DNA from: an uncultured Gemmatimonadales bacterium
GTDB lineage: Bacteria > Gemmatimonadota > Gemmatimonadetes > Longimicrobiales > Gaopeijiaceae
Assembly (NCBI GenBank): GCA_963809895.1
Contig: CAWELD010000003.1
Span: 2,656,001 to 2,720,000, forward strand
Direction of reading: 5' to 3'
DNA: 64,000 nucleotides
Shown: positions 29,309-38,593 of the stretch, in pieces
How the letters are laid out: each line of letters starts with the position of its first letter
Position numbering within the stretch: the first letter of the stretch is position 1
The notes under the pieces: generated by a model
Database searches by the model: none
What the model was told of the DNA's origin: nothing
What the model saw: only the letters and a program-made list of their open reading frames with translations
Program-made: the position numbers and the translations under genes

Positions 29309-30327
29309 TCAGATTCCCTTGAGGTCGGTGCGGGCGAGCAGCCACGCGGCCAGGCGATCCGCCGGGTCCTCGGCCGCGGGCCCGCTCTGGGCGCCGTTGG
29401 TGGCGGGCTCGATGCCCGGCGCGGTGGCCAGCTCCAACAGGTGCCGGAGATCGCCCGCGCCGTCGGCGGGGCCGCCCCGCGCGTTCTCGAGGTCGCTCAG
29501 CACGCGCCCCAGGGCCTCCACGCCACCGGCGGCGTGCACTCGCTCCCAGGTGCGCCGTCCCGAGGCCGGGTCGTGCACGAAGGAGACGGCGCCGGCGTTC
29601 TCGTCCGCCCAGGCATGACGACGCCCGGGCCGTCGTGGGCCGCCAGCGCCTTCAGCACCGCCGGATCCGTGGTCTGGGCCACGAAGACCTCCGACGAGAT
29701 CAACCGGGCGAGGGGAGCCGACGCCACCCGGCCGTCCACCAGCAGCACGATCTTCACGGAGCCCGTCAGGAACTCGGCCAGCCCCGCCGGCCGCAGGTCC
29801 TCACCCCTCACCGACACCACCAGGGGCGGCGCCAGACGACGCTCCCGGGCGGTCCAGCGATGGAAGGGATGCTCGTGCAGGAGGGTGTGGTCGGTATCGG
29901 GATCGTACCGGTGCGAACGGGCCTTCTCCACCGCGTGGGCGACGCCGAAGGCACGACCCAGCGCGGCGAGTGCGTCGCGCACCGCGTCACGGACGTCGCC
30001 TCCCGGGGGCACCTGGACCTGGAAGGCGTCCGCGGCCCCGGCGGTCACCTCGGCGAACAGGTCGTGGGCCACGCCCATGAGACGGTCCGTAAGGGGGTCC
30101 GGAGCCTCGGCCACCGCCATGAGCCCCGCCAGACGCGACGGATCGACGCGCCCCTGGGCGAACAGCCCGAGCTCGGATCCCAGCGCAGCGCCGGGATCGG
30201 ATGTCCCCGCACGCCGGCCGCGGTAGGCGCGAACCTCTTCGTCGGCGGCCGCCACGGCGGACAGGAAGGCGTTGCGGGGGCCTTCCAGGGCCTCCAGGGC
30301 GGTCTGGGTGTGGGCGTCAGACGGCAT
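29309..30327 (-). CDS. Hypothetical soluble protein within the oxidoreductase operon; -1 frameshift near 29613
   Basis: Overlaps the korB stop and ends 10 nt before rnfB; the 29497..30327 ORF joins the 29309..29578 frame (…AWADENAGAVSFVHDP…). Confidence 0.7.
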
Positions 30328-31294
30328 AGCGATCGAACTCCTGATCGAGCAGACGGATCTTGTCCGCCGCCGTGTGATGCGGCAGGTGCCGCGTCTCCTC
30401 GTACCGGGGACGCGACTCGTCGCGGAAGAAGAGGCCCAGCCGGATCTGGCTCATGTCCTCGGCCAGCTCCCGGGCCTCGTCGATGTCCCTGGGATCGTGG
30501 GGACGCTTGTGCTCGAAGAGCTTGTCGAGCTCCGGTGCCTGGATCCCGTCGTCGTGGACCAGCAGCTCCACCTGGCCCGGGTTCTTCACCACCTCACCGT
30601 AGATGTCCGGTGTGAAGTGGGGGCAGCGCTGCAGGATGCGCACGAAGGAGAATCCCCGATGCTTGTACGCCGCCTTCAGCGTGGCGAACAGGTGGGCAGG
30701 CACCCACTCGGCCGTCTGGGCCACGAACGAGGCGTTGGTGACGCCCAGCGTGGCCTCCAGCGGGTTCATGGGCGGCAGGTAGCTGCCCCGCGGCTGGGTG
30801 TTGGACTTGTAGCCCTGGGGCGTGGTGGGCGAGGTCTGCTTCTTGGTGAGCCCGTAGATGTTGTTGTCCAGCAGGAGCGCCACCATGTCCACGTTGTAGC
30901 GGATGGCGTGGATCCAGTGCGCGGCCCCGATGGACACGCAGTCGCCGTCGCCCATGACCACGAAGACCGTCAGGTCGGGACGGGCCAGCTTGATCCCGGT
31001 GGAGACCGGGAGCGCCCGCCCGTGGATCCCGTGGAACCCGTAGGTCTTCATGTAGTGCGGGAAGCGGCTGGAGCAGCCGATGCCCGACACGAACAGCGTG
31101 GTCTCGGGCTTGAGCTGTTCCTCGGCCAGGAGCCGCCGAGCGGCGGTCAGGACCGAATGGTCGCCGCAACCCGAGCACCAACGGGCCACCGGGCCTTCGT
31201 AGTCACCCATCTCGAAGTGGCGGTCATCCACCTCGTGGGCCAGGTCGAAGAGGGAGCATCCGCCCCCTCCCAGAAGCTCGAGCTCGGCACTCAT
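30317..31294 (-). CDS. korB: 2-oxoacid:ferredoxin oxidoreductase beta subunit (TPP-binding)
   Basis: WCSGCG; SGIGCSSR; HGIHGRALP; GDGDC; NNIYGLTKKQTSP. Substrate specificity cannot be determined from the sequence. Confidence 0.9.
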   Translation of the reverse strand: MSAELELLGGGGCSLFDLAHEVDDRHFEMGDYEGPVARWCSGCGDHSVLTAARRLLAEEQLKPETTLFVSGIGCSSRFPHYMKTYGFHGIHGRALPVSTGIKLARPDLTVFVVMGDGDCVSIGAAHWIHAIRYNVDMVALLLDNNIYGLTKKQTSPTTPQGYKSNTQPRGSYLPPMNPLEATLGVTNASFVAQTAEWVPAHLFATLKAAYKHRGFSFVRILQRCPHFTPDIYGEVVKNPGQVELLVHDDGIQAPELDKLFEHKRPHDPRDIDEARELAEDMSQIRLGLFFRDESRPRYEETRHLPHHTAADKIRLLDQEFDRYAV

Positions 31295-33201
31295 GCGTCA
31301 CCTCCAGGGAGATTCTCCCGGATGGCCTTCACGATGGCGCTGGGCCGAAGGGGCTCGCCCAGCACGCGCGTCCAGCAGTCCACGTCCACCAGCGTCTGCG
31401 CGCGCAGCAGCCAGGCCAGCTGACCGCGGCGGCGGTTCTCGTCGGTGATGAAGGGATCGTCCTTCCGATCCGAGTAGTTGATCTCCACCGTCATGACCTT
31501 CCGGAAGCGGCTGAAGAGGTCCTTGAGCCCCGGCGGAAGCGGCGACAGGAAACTGATGTGACACGAGGAGACGCCGAGGCCCTCCTGCCGTGCCCGATCC
31601 ACCGCCTCTTCGATGGCGCCGCGGGTGCTGCCCCATCCCACCACCAGCAGGTCACCGCTGTCGTCGCCGTTGATCTCCGGCGGCAGAAGCGCGCTCTGCA
31701 GCGCCGCCAGCTTGCGGCTGCGCATGTCCGAGGCGCGCTGATTGCTCTCCGAGTCGTAGGCGACCTTGCTGCGCTCGTCGTGGGCCAGGCCGGTGACGGT
31801 GTGCATGCCACCGGGGCGCCCCGGGATGAAGCGGTCGCTGATGCCCGTGCGAGGATCCCACTGATAGGGCTGTGAGCCCTCACCCACGGGAGACTGATCC
31901 GGCGGGCCTGCCTGCCACGACTCGTCGAGCTTCGGGCGGGGGAACGGTGCCACGCCGGTGGCCAGGTTGGCATCGGAGAGCACCATGACCACGGTGCGGA
32001 AGATCTCCGCCAGGCGGCGGGCCGTGACCATGGCGTGGAAGCACTCCTCGATGGTGGCCGGCGCCAGCACGATCTTGGGCGCGTCGCCGGGCTGCCCGTA
32101 GAGGGCCGCCAGCAGGTCCGACTGCTCCACCTTGGTGGGGAGCCCGGTGCTGGGCCCGCCCCGCTGCACGTCCACCAGCACCAGCGGCGTCTCGGTCATG
32201 ACCGCGAGGCCGAGGAACTCGGTCTTGAGGGCCAGGCCGGGTCCGGAGGTGATGGTGAAGGCCACCTTGCCCGAGTAGGAGGCGCCGATGGCCACGCCGG
32301 CCGCGGCGATCTCGTCTTCGGCCTGGTGCAGGATACCCCCGAAGGTGTCGAAGACCTCGCCCAGGTGGTGCGAGACCGAGGTGGCCGGCGTGATGGGGTA
32401 CATCGCCGCCAGGTCCATCCCCGCGGCCACGGCCCCCAGGGCGATGGCCTCGTTGCCGTTCATGACGACCAGATCCTGATCGGTCTCCATGGTGGGCACG
32501 CGCACGCGGAAGTCGATGTGTTCCTTCGCCCACTCCACCCCCAGCTCCAGGAGCCGGAAGTTCTTGTCGACGATCTTCTGGCTCTTCTTGCGGAAGGTGT
32601 GGGAGATCTGCTCCTTCACCCGCTCGACGTCACGGTCGAAGATCCAGGTGAGAAGGCCCAGGGCGAACATGTTCTTGCCCTTGCGGGCGTTCTCCACCTC
32701 GGTGAGGCAGATCTCCTCCATGGGCACGGGCACGATGTTGTACCCGGCCTCCGTGAGCTCCTCCATGGCGGCGTTCCACTGCTCCTGGATCCTGGGATCC
32801 GGGTGCGTGGCCCACATGTCTTCGAGGAGGATCGTGGCACCCTCGGCGAGCGCGTGCAGGCGGTGGCGGCCCAGGAGCACCTGCTCGTTGAACGCCACCA
32901 CCAGGTTGGTCTCGTCACCCCAGTTGGTGACGGGCCGGTCGCCCAGGCGGATGCGGATACCCGAGGCGCCTGCGATGCTCCGGGGAGGTGGCTCCACCTC
33001 GGCGGGGATGATCTCCACGGTCCAGACGCCGTTGCCCATCTTGGCGGCCACGGCTCCGAAGATCTGTCCGCACTTCTGAGCGCCCTCGCCGGAATCGGAG
33101 ACGATCTCGACGGAGTGGTCCCGCGTCTCGAGGACGCGGGGAGAACCGGCCGGGGCCCCGGCCTTTTCGGCCGAGCCCACGGTCTCGAGTTTGATGGCCA
33201 T
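31291..33201 (-). CDS. korA: 2-oxoacid:ferredoxin oxidoreductase alpha subunit (gamma-alpha fused type)
   Basis: DSGEGAQ; MNGNEAIALG; YPITPATS; QAEDEIAA; TSGPG; QRGGPSTGLPT; VGWGST. Confidence 0.9.
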   Translation of the reverse strand: MAIKLETVGSAEKAGAPAGSPRVLETRDHSVEIVSDSGEGAQKCGQIFGAVAAKMGNGVWTVEIIPAEVEPPPRSIAGASGIRIRLGDRPVTNWGDETNLVVAFNEQVLLGRHRLHALAEGATILLEDMWATHPDPRIQEQWNAAMEELTEAGYNIVPVPMEEICLTEVENARKGKNMFALGLLTWIFDRDVERVKEQISHTFRKKSQKIVDKNFRLLELGVEWAKEHIDFRVRVPTMETDQDLVVMNGNEAIALGAVAAGMDLAAMYPITPATSVSHHLGEVFDTFGGILHQAEDEIAAAGVAIGASYSGKVAFTITSGPGLALKTEFLGLAVMTETPLVLVDVQRGGPSTGLPTKVEQSDLLAALYGQPGDAPKIVLAPATIEECFHAMVTARRLAEIFRTVVMVLSDANLATGVAPFPRPKLDESWQAGPPDQSPVGEGSQPYQWDPRTGISDRFIPGRPGGMHTVTGLAHDERSKVAYDSESNQRASDMRSRKLAALQSALLPPEINGDDSGDLLVVGWGSTRGAIEEAVDRARQEGLGVSSCHISFLSPLPPGLKDLFSRFRKVMTVEINYSDRKDDPFITDENRRRGQLAWLLRAQTLVDVDCWTRVLGEPLRPSAIVKAIRENLPGGDA

Positions 33202-33249
33202 TTGGCCGCCCTCTCCAGCGCGAAAGGAACGGTACGGGCCCGTTTGCGA

Positions 33250-33273
33250 CCCGTGAAACAAATTGTGCACGGG
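33250..33273. promoter_or_regulatory. Candidate operator upstream of the kor-rnf operon
   Basis: AT-rich imperfect palindrome CCCGTG-AAACAAATTGTG-CACGGG, 50-70 nt upstream of korA. Confidence 0.35.
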
Positions 33274-33392
33274 AGGAGGGGGGGCGCCGTCGGGAGAAGA
33301 GGGCGGTACGCGGTGGGGAGAACCCCTACAGCGGAGAGGGGATGGGGTGTGGGGGCCCCGTGGTGGGCCGGCGCGATGGGGCCAGGCGCAGC

Positions 33393-33806
33393 CTAGCGGG
33401 ACGGTTCGTCCTGGTCGGTGCGCGCGTCCGCCGCACCCGGCTCCTCGTCGTCCTTGCCGGAGCGCCCGCGGGGCTCGTCGCCGCCGCGAACCATCTGTTC
33501 CAGCTTGCCCAGGAGGGTGTCGCTGCCGGCTTCGGACGCGCCGAAGAGCCCATCGTCGTCCAGCACCGTCCCGGCCTCGAGGCGCTCGATGGGTCCGTGC
33601 AGGTTCAGCCACAGGTCGAAGCGCTCGCTGGCGAGCAGCACCGAGTAGAACAGACGGGGTCGCTTGCCCCCGCCGGACACCAGGTCCGCCAGCATGGCTA
33701 CGGCCGCGACGTTGATGAGGACGAGGTCCTTGAACCCGTCCACCACCAGCTTGAGCAGGAAGATGGCGAAGTCGCGGAATGCGACCTTCCGTGTGGCTTC
33801 TATCAT
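33393..33806 (-). CDS. Hypothetical protein (137 aa)
   Basis: Protein-like sequence RDFAIFLLKLVVDGFKDLVL...FYSVLLASERFDLWLNL; GGAG upstream; typical codon usage. Confidence 0.7.
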   Translation of the reverse strand: MIEATRKVAFRDFAIFLLKLVVDGFKDLVLINVAAVAMLADLVSGGGKRPRLFYSVLLASERFDLWLNLHGPIERLEAGTVLDDDGLFGASEAGSDTLLGKLEQMVRGGDEPRGRSGKDDEEPGAADARTDQDEPSR

Positions 33807-33938
33807 GGAGACTCCCGGGAGGGGGAGGTCGAATGCGTCGTGACGTTCCTCGGTGCGTCCATCCCTACGGATCGCGGCGCACTGGGTTCACCGCCGGAAG
33901 CATGCCGAGGCCGGCACCCAGCAGCGACGCCCCGCCTA

Positions 33939-34112
33939 CCACGATGCAGCCCAGGTGCAGCCCGGATACGGTCCAAGCTACCCGACTGGGGAATTATTGC
34001 CCACAAGGTCGCCCAGGCAACGCGCCGAGGCTCGGCGGGCTGCATTGCAGCGAATAATCGTGCAATCAGGTGGGACCAGGCGCGAAACACAACGACGTGG
34101 GCTGCATCGTGG
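33939..34112. repeat. 174-bp element bounded by a perfect 15-bp inverted repeat, with nested hairpins
   Basis: CCACGATGCAGCCCA (33939-33953) / TGGGCTGCATCGTGG (34098-34112); inner TGCAGCCCG (33956-33964) / CGGGCTGCA (34036-34044); ATTGCA...TGCAAT hairpin (34044-34066). Confidence 0.7.
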
Positions 34113-34291
34113 GCGATCCGGCGTCGGCTCCCGGCTAACACCACGGCCCCTCCGTCTGTCCTCGAAGCAGGAACCTTTGCACAGCGCCGACGTAGAGAGC
34201 ATTCACCCCACCGTGCATCCGGAGGGCTGCCTCGCGAGCAGGCCCGTCCGGATCGATCGGGACGTCCGCGAGCGCCCTCCACGGAGCCCAG

Positions 34292-35221
34292 ATGCGGCCC
34301 TTTGTCTCGTCGTTCGTCGCGCTGGCCGCGGTGTCCCTGACCGGGGTGGCCCTGGCCGGCTCGTCCCTCCACGCTCCGGCGTGGGGGAGCGCTGCGCCCG
34401 CCGACGGTGCCGGCGACTCCCCTGCACACGCCGTCACGCCAGGCTTCTACGCCCCGTCCGCAGCGCTTCCTGGACGAGGCCCTGGCCTCCCCCGCGGCCG
34501 GCCTGCCAACCCGCGCAGACCGATCCCCGCCCCGAGTTCCGGGAGTTCTTCTTCACGCGCGCCATCTACTCCAGCGGCGGTGGCGGCGGCTTCAACTCGC
34601 CGCCGCTGGGGCCGCCGCTGCCAGAGCTGGGCCACCGACTATCCCAAGGCCGACCGCCAGTTCCTGGTGGTGGTGCAGCGCCTCACCAACCTGGACCTCT
34701 TCCCCAACGAGCACGCGGTAGCGCTGGACGACCCGGATCTCCGCCGCTTTCCGTTCCTCTACACCCTCGAGGTGGGTCACATGAACATGACCCAGTCCGA
34801 GGTTCACGGGCTCCGGGATTACCTGAACGCCGGCGGCTTCCTGGTCATCGACGATTTCTGGGGCACGTACGAGTGGGCGAACTTCGAGCGGGAGATCTCC
34901 CGCGTGCTGCCGGGGCGTCCCATCGTGGACATCCCCCTGGATCACCCGCTTTTCGAAGCCTTCTACGACATCAAGGAGATCATGCAGGTCCCCAACGTCA
35001 ACAACGGCATGCGGGGCAGTCACACCTGGGAACAGGACGGTGTCGTGCCCCACGTGAGGGGGATCTTCGACGACCACGGACGCCTGATGGTGGTCATCAA
35101 CTGGAACACGGATCTGGGCGACGCCTGGGAGTGGGCGGAGAACCCCTACTATCCGCTCAAGTACTCCACCTTCGCGTACCAGATGGGCGTCAACATGATC
35201 ATCTACGGCATGAGTCACTGA
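34292..35221 (+). CDS. DUF4159 domain protein with signal peptide (compensating frameshifts likely at ~34450-34600)
   Basis: SWATDYPKAD, FPFLY..EVG, LRDYLNAGGFLVIDDFWG, NTDLGDAWE, MGVNMIIY; the expected EFFFTRAIY motif lies in another frame. Confidence 0.8.
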   Translation: MRPFVSSFVALAAVSLTGVALAGSSLHAPAWGSAAPADGAGDSPAHAVTPGFYAPSAALPGRGPGLPRGRPANPRRPIPAPSSGSSSSRAPSTPAAVAAASTRRRWGRRCQSWATDYPKADRQFLVVVQRLTNLDLFPNEHAVALDDPDLRRFPFLYTLEVGHMNMTQSEVHGLRDYLNAGGFLVIDDFWGTYEWANFEREISRVLPGRPIVDIPLDHPLFEAFYDIKEIMQVPNVNNGMRGSHTWEQDGVVPHVRGIFDDHGRLMVVINWNTDLGDAWEWAENPYYPLKYSTFAYQMGVNMIIYGMSH

Positions 35222-35270
35222 GCGCGACACGAAGACCTGAGCACGGCATGACACCGACGCGGGAAACAAC

Positions 35271-37556
35271 GTGGTAGAACGGCTGTTCGAGCTCCTCTTC
35301 AAGTACCGGCCCGTCCTCTTCCAGCAGGGGGACGTGGTCTTCGCCACGCCCTGGTCGCTGGCCCTGGTGGTGCTGGCGGCGGCGGTGGTGGCCGTGGCGG
35401 CGGTGGTCACCTACGGAGCCACCAGCGGCAAGGCCTCGCCGGGGGACCGCACGGTGCTGGCCACCCTGCGCCTGGCCGCGTTGGGGCTGCTCACCTTCTG
35501 CCTGCTGCAGCCGACGCTGGTCCTGAGCTCGGTGGTCCCGCAGCGCAATTTCGTGGGGATCGTGGTCGACGACTCCCGCTCCATGACGCTCCCCGACGCC
35601 GACGGCCGGCCGAGGGGGGATTTCGTGGCCGAGCGCTTCGGGCCCGAGGGATCCCCGCTGGTCGACGCGTTGTCCGAGCGCTTCGCGCTGCGCTACTTCC
35701 GCTTCGCCGGAGACGCCGGGCGCATTCCGTCCACCGACGTGTTGAACTTCGACGGCACGCGCACCGATCTGGCGAGCGCGCTGGACCGGGCCCGCGAGGA
35801 GCTCTCCAGCGTGCCGCTGTCCGGGCTCGTGGTGCTCACCGACGGCGCCGACAACGGTGGGCGGCCGCTGGCCGAGGCGCTGGTACCGCTGCAGGCCGCG
35901 TCGATTCCCGTCTACACGGTGGGACTGGGCGCGGAGGCGCTGAGCCCCGACATCCAGGTGGGCCCGGTGGAGCTGCCGCGCTCGGTCCTGCAGGGCTCGG
36001 CGCTGGTGGTGGACGTGCTGGTCACGCACAAGGGATTCGGGGGACGCCGGGTCCCGGTCATGGTGGAGGACGGTGGCCGCATCCTCGCCGAGGACACCCT
36101 CACCCTGGGTGACGACGACGAACCCACCACGGCACGGATCCGCTTCGCCCTCGATCAGGCCGGCGCACGCACGCTCCGCTTCCGGGTTCCCGTCCAGGAC
36201 GGCGAGGAGGTGGCCCAGAACAACGCGCGCGAGGTGGGGCTGGAGGTGCGCGAGCGCCGCGAGAAGATCCTCTACTTCCAGGGCGAGCCCAGCTACGAGG
36301 TGAAGTTCATCCGCCGCGCCATCGCCGACGATCCCAACGTCCAGGTGGTGGTCCTGGAACGGACCGCCCAGGACAAGTACCTGCGCCTGGACGTGGACGA
36401 CGGCGACGAGCTGGCCGGCGGCTTCCCGCAGACCCGGGAGGAGCTCTTCCGCTACCGCGGACTGATTCTGGGCAGCGTCGAGGCCAGCTACTTCACGCAC
36501 GATCAGCTCCAGATGCTGGCCGATTTCGTGTCGCAGCGCGGGGGCGGATTGTTGGCGCTGGGTGGCCGCATGTCCTTCGCCGAGGGCGGGTACGAAGGCA
36601 CCGCGTTGGCGGAGGTGCTGCCCGTCTATCTGGAAGAGCCCGCCTCGAACCCGCGCGCGGCCTTCACCGAGGTCAAGGTGCGACCCACGCCGGCGGGCCT
36701 GTCCCACCCCGCTTCGCAGCTCCGCACCGACGAAGAGACGCCGCTGGAGGCCTGGGAGGCCCTGCCGCCTCTCACGACCCTGAACCGCATCGTGCGCGTG
36801 AAGCCCGGAGCCACCTCGCTCCTGGTGGGGGACACCCCCGACGGCGAGGAACGCGTGGTCCTGGCCCATCAGCGGTACGGGCGCGGCAAGGCGTTGGCGC
36901 TGCCGGTGCAGGACTCCTGGCTCTGGCAGATGCACGCCGACGTGCCGCTGGAGGACCAGAGCCACGAGGTGCTGTGGCAGCAGCTCCTGCGCTGGCTGGT
37001 GGAAGGCGTGCCGGATCCGGTGGAGGTGAGGGCCGACCGCGAAGCCGTGGAGCCCGGCGAGCCCGTGGTGATCACCGCCACGGTGTTGGACTCCAGCTAC
37101 GTCGAGGTGAACGACGCCCAGGTCGAGGCCATGATGACCTCGTCCGCCGGCGACACCCTGCGGGTGCCGCTGACCTGGACCATCGACACCGACGGCGAGT
37201 ACGCGGCCCAGGTCCGCCCCGGCAGCGCCGGCGCCTGGACCGCCACCGTCACCGCCACCCGCCAGGACGAGCCCCTGGGGAGCGGCGAGGTCCACCTGCG
37301 GGTGGCCTCCAGCGACATCGAGTACTTCGATGCGGGGCTCCGCGCCAATTCCCTGCGACGGCTCGCCGACGAGACCGGAGGTCGCTACTACACGCCGGCC
37401 ACCGTGGACCGGCTGCCCGAGGACCTCCGCTACACCGGTGCGGGCGTGACCCTCACCGAGGAGCGGGACCTGTGGGACATGCCCGTCGTCTTCCTCCTCC
37501 TGCTGGGGCTCATCGGCGCCGAGTGGGGATACCGGCGCATGCGGGGGCTGGTATGA
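35271..37556 (+). CDS. Membrane protein with vWA-like and glutamine-amidotransferase-like domains (761 aa)
   Basis: TM segments; MIDAS-like DDSRSM...TDL...LTDG; FVSQRGGGLLALGG; YGRGK; C-terminal LWD..VFLLLLGLIGAEW..RR. Confidence 0.8.
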   Translation: MVERLFELLFKYRPVLFQQGDVVFATPWSLALVVLAAAVVAVAAVVTYGATSGKASPGDRTVLATLRLAALGLLTFCLLQPTLVLSSVVPQRNFVGIVVDDSRSMTLPDADGRPRGDFVAERFGPEGSPLVDALSERFALRYFRFAGDAGRIPSTDVLNFDGTRTDLASALDRAREELSSVPLSGLVVLTDGADNGGRPLAEALVPLQAASIPVYTVGLGAEALSPDIQVGPVELPRSVLQGSALVVDVLVTHKGFGGRRVPVMVEDGGRILAEDTLTLGDDDEPTTARIRFALDQAGARTLRFRVPVQDGEEVAQNNAREVGLEVRERREKILYFQGEPSYEVKFIRRAIADDPNVQVVVLERTAQDKYLRLDVDDGDELAGGFPQTREELFRYRGLILGSVEASYFTHDQLQMLADFVSQRGGGLLALGGRMSFAEGGYEGTALAEVLPVYLEEPASNPRAAFTEVKVRPTPAGLSHPASQLRTDEETPLEAWEALPPLTTLNRIVRVKPGATSLLVGDTPDGEERVVLAHQRYGRGKALALPVQDSWLWQMHADVPLEDQSHEVLWQQLLRWLVEGVPDPVEVRADREAVEPGEPVVITATVLDSSYVEVNDAQVEAMMTSSAGDTLRVPLTWTIDTDGEYAAQVRPGSAGAWTATVTATRQDEPLGSGEVHLRVASSDIEYFDAGLRANSLRRLADETGGRYYTPATVDRLPEDLRYTGAGVTLTEERDLWDMPVVFLLLLGLIGAEWGYRRMRGLV

Positions 37557-38593
37557 GGAGGCTCCGTAGCACCGTCCCACTCGCGCTGGCGATTGTGGCG
37601 CTCCTGCTCCCGAGCGCCGCCGCCGCGCAGCAGACCCATCTGCTGGTGGTGGCCGGACTGGGCGGGGGCCAGGAGTACCGGGAGCAGTTCCTGAACTGGG
37701 CGCTCACCCTGAGAAGCGCCGCCGTGGACACCTACGGGCTCCCGGAGGCCAACGTGGTGGTGCTCGCCGAGGATCCCTCCATGGACCCGGCGGTCTCGGC
37801 CCGCTCCACCCGCGACAACATCGATGCGGCGCTCCAGGGGATCGCGACCCGGGCCGGCGCGCAGGACCGGGTACTGATCGTGCTCCTGGGTCACGGCACC
37901 TACCGGGGCGAGGAGGCCCTCTTCAACCTCCCGGGCCCGGACCTGTCGGCCAAGGAGCTGGGCGTCATGCTCGGCGGGCTCACGGTGGCGGACGTCGCGG
38001 TGGTCAACACCACCAGCGCCAGCGGGCCCTGGGTGCAGGTGCTGGGTGGCCCGGGACGCACGATCATCGCCGCCACCAAGACCGGGCGCGAGCGCAACGA
38101 GACCCGCTTCGGCCAGTTCTTCGCGGCGGCCTTCGAAGACGACGCCGCCGACCTGGACAAGAACGGCTCGGTCTCGCTCCTGGAAGCCTTCACGTACGCC
38201 CGAGGCGAGACGGCCCGGCAGTACGAGGAGGACAACGTGCTCCTCACCGAGCACGCCGTGCTGGACGGCGACGGCGATGGCGAGGGCACGGAAGAGCCCA
38301 CCGTGGACTCTCCGGAGGGAGCGCTGGCTGCCGCCTTCGTGCTGGGCCGACCCGGCGCGCGGGGCGTGGTGGCGGACGGCGCCCCGGCTACCGAGGGCCG
38401 GCCCGTGCCCGCGGACTCGGCGCTGGCCCGGCTCTACGAGGAGCGGGACTCGCTCGAACAGCAGGTGGCCGAGCTGCGCCGCCACCGCGACGACATCGAC
38501 CCCGAGGAGTACGACCGCCGGCTCGAAGCGATCCTGGTGGACCTGGCGCTCAAGAACCGGGAGATCCGGGCCCGCGAGGGAGGTGGGCCGTGA
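37553..38593 (+). CDS. Secreted caspase/C13-like fold protein
   Basis: ATGA overlap; signal AAA|Q; IVLLGHG; VVNTTSASG at the expected Cys position; DLDKNGSVSLLE Ca-binding-like loop. Confidence 0.65.
   Translation: MRRLRSTVPLALAIVALLLPSAAAAQQTHLLVVAGLGGGQEYREQFLNWALTLRSAAVDTYGLPEANVVVLAEDPSMDPAVSARSTRDNIDAALQGIATRAGAQDRVLIVLLGHGTYRGEEALFNLPGPDLSAKELGVMLGGLTVADVAVVNTTSASGPWVQVLGGPGRTIIAATKTGRERNETRFGQFFAAAFEDDAADLDKNGSVSLLEAFTYARGETARQYEEDNVLLTEHAVLDGDGDGEGTEEPTVDSPEGALAAAFVLGRPGARGVVADGAPATEGRPVPADSALARLYEERDSLEQQVAELRRHRDDIDPEEYDRRLEAILVDLALKNREIRAREGGGP

Noticed and set aside
33250..33273. Canonical Rex or FNR/CRP site
   Set aside because: Half-site spacing does not fit either consensus; retained only as an unassigned palindrome.
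34166..34181. Sigma54 promoter upstream of the DUF4159/MoxR operon
   Set aside because: TTGC is present, but there is no GG at the required 10-nt distance.
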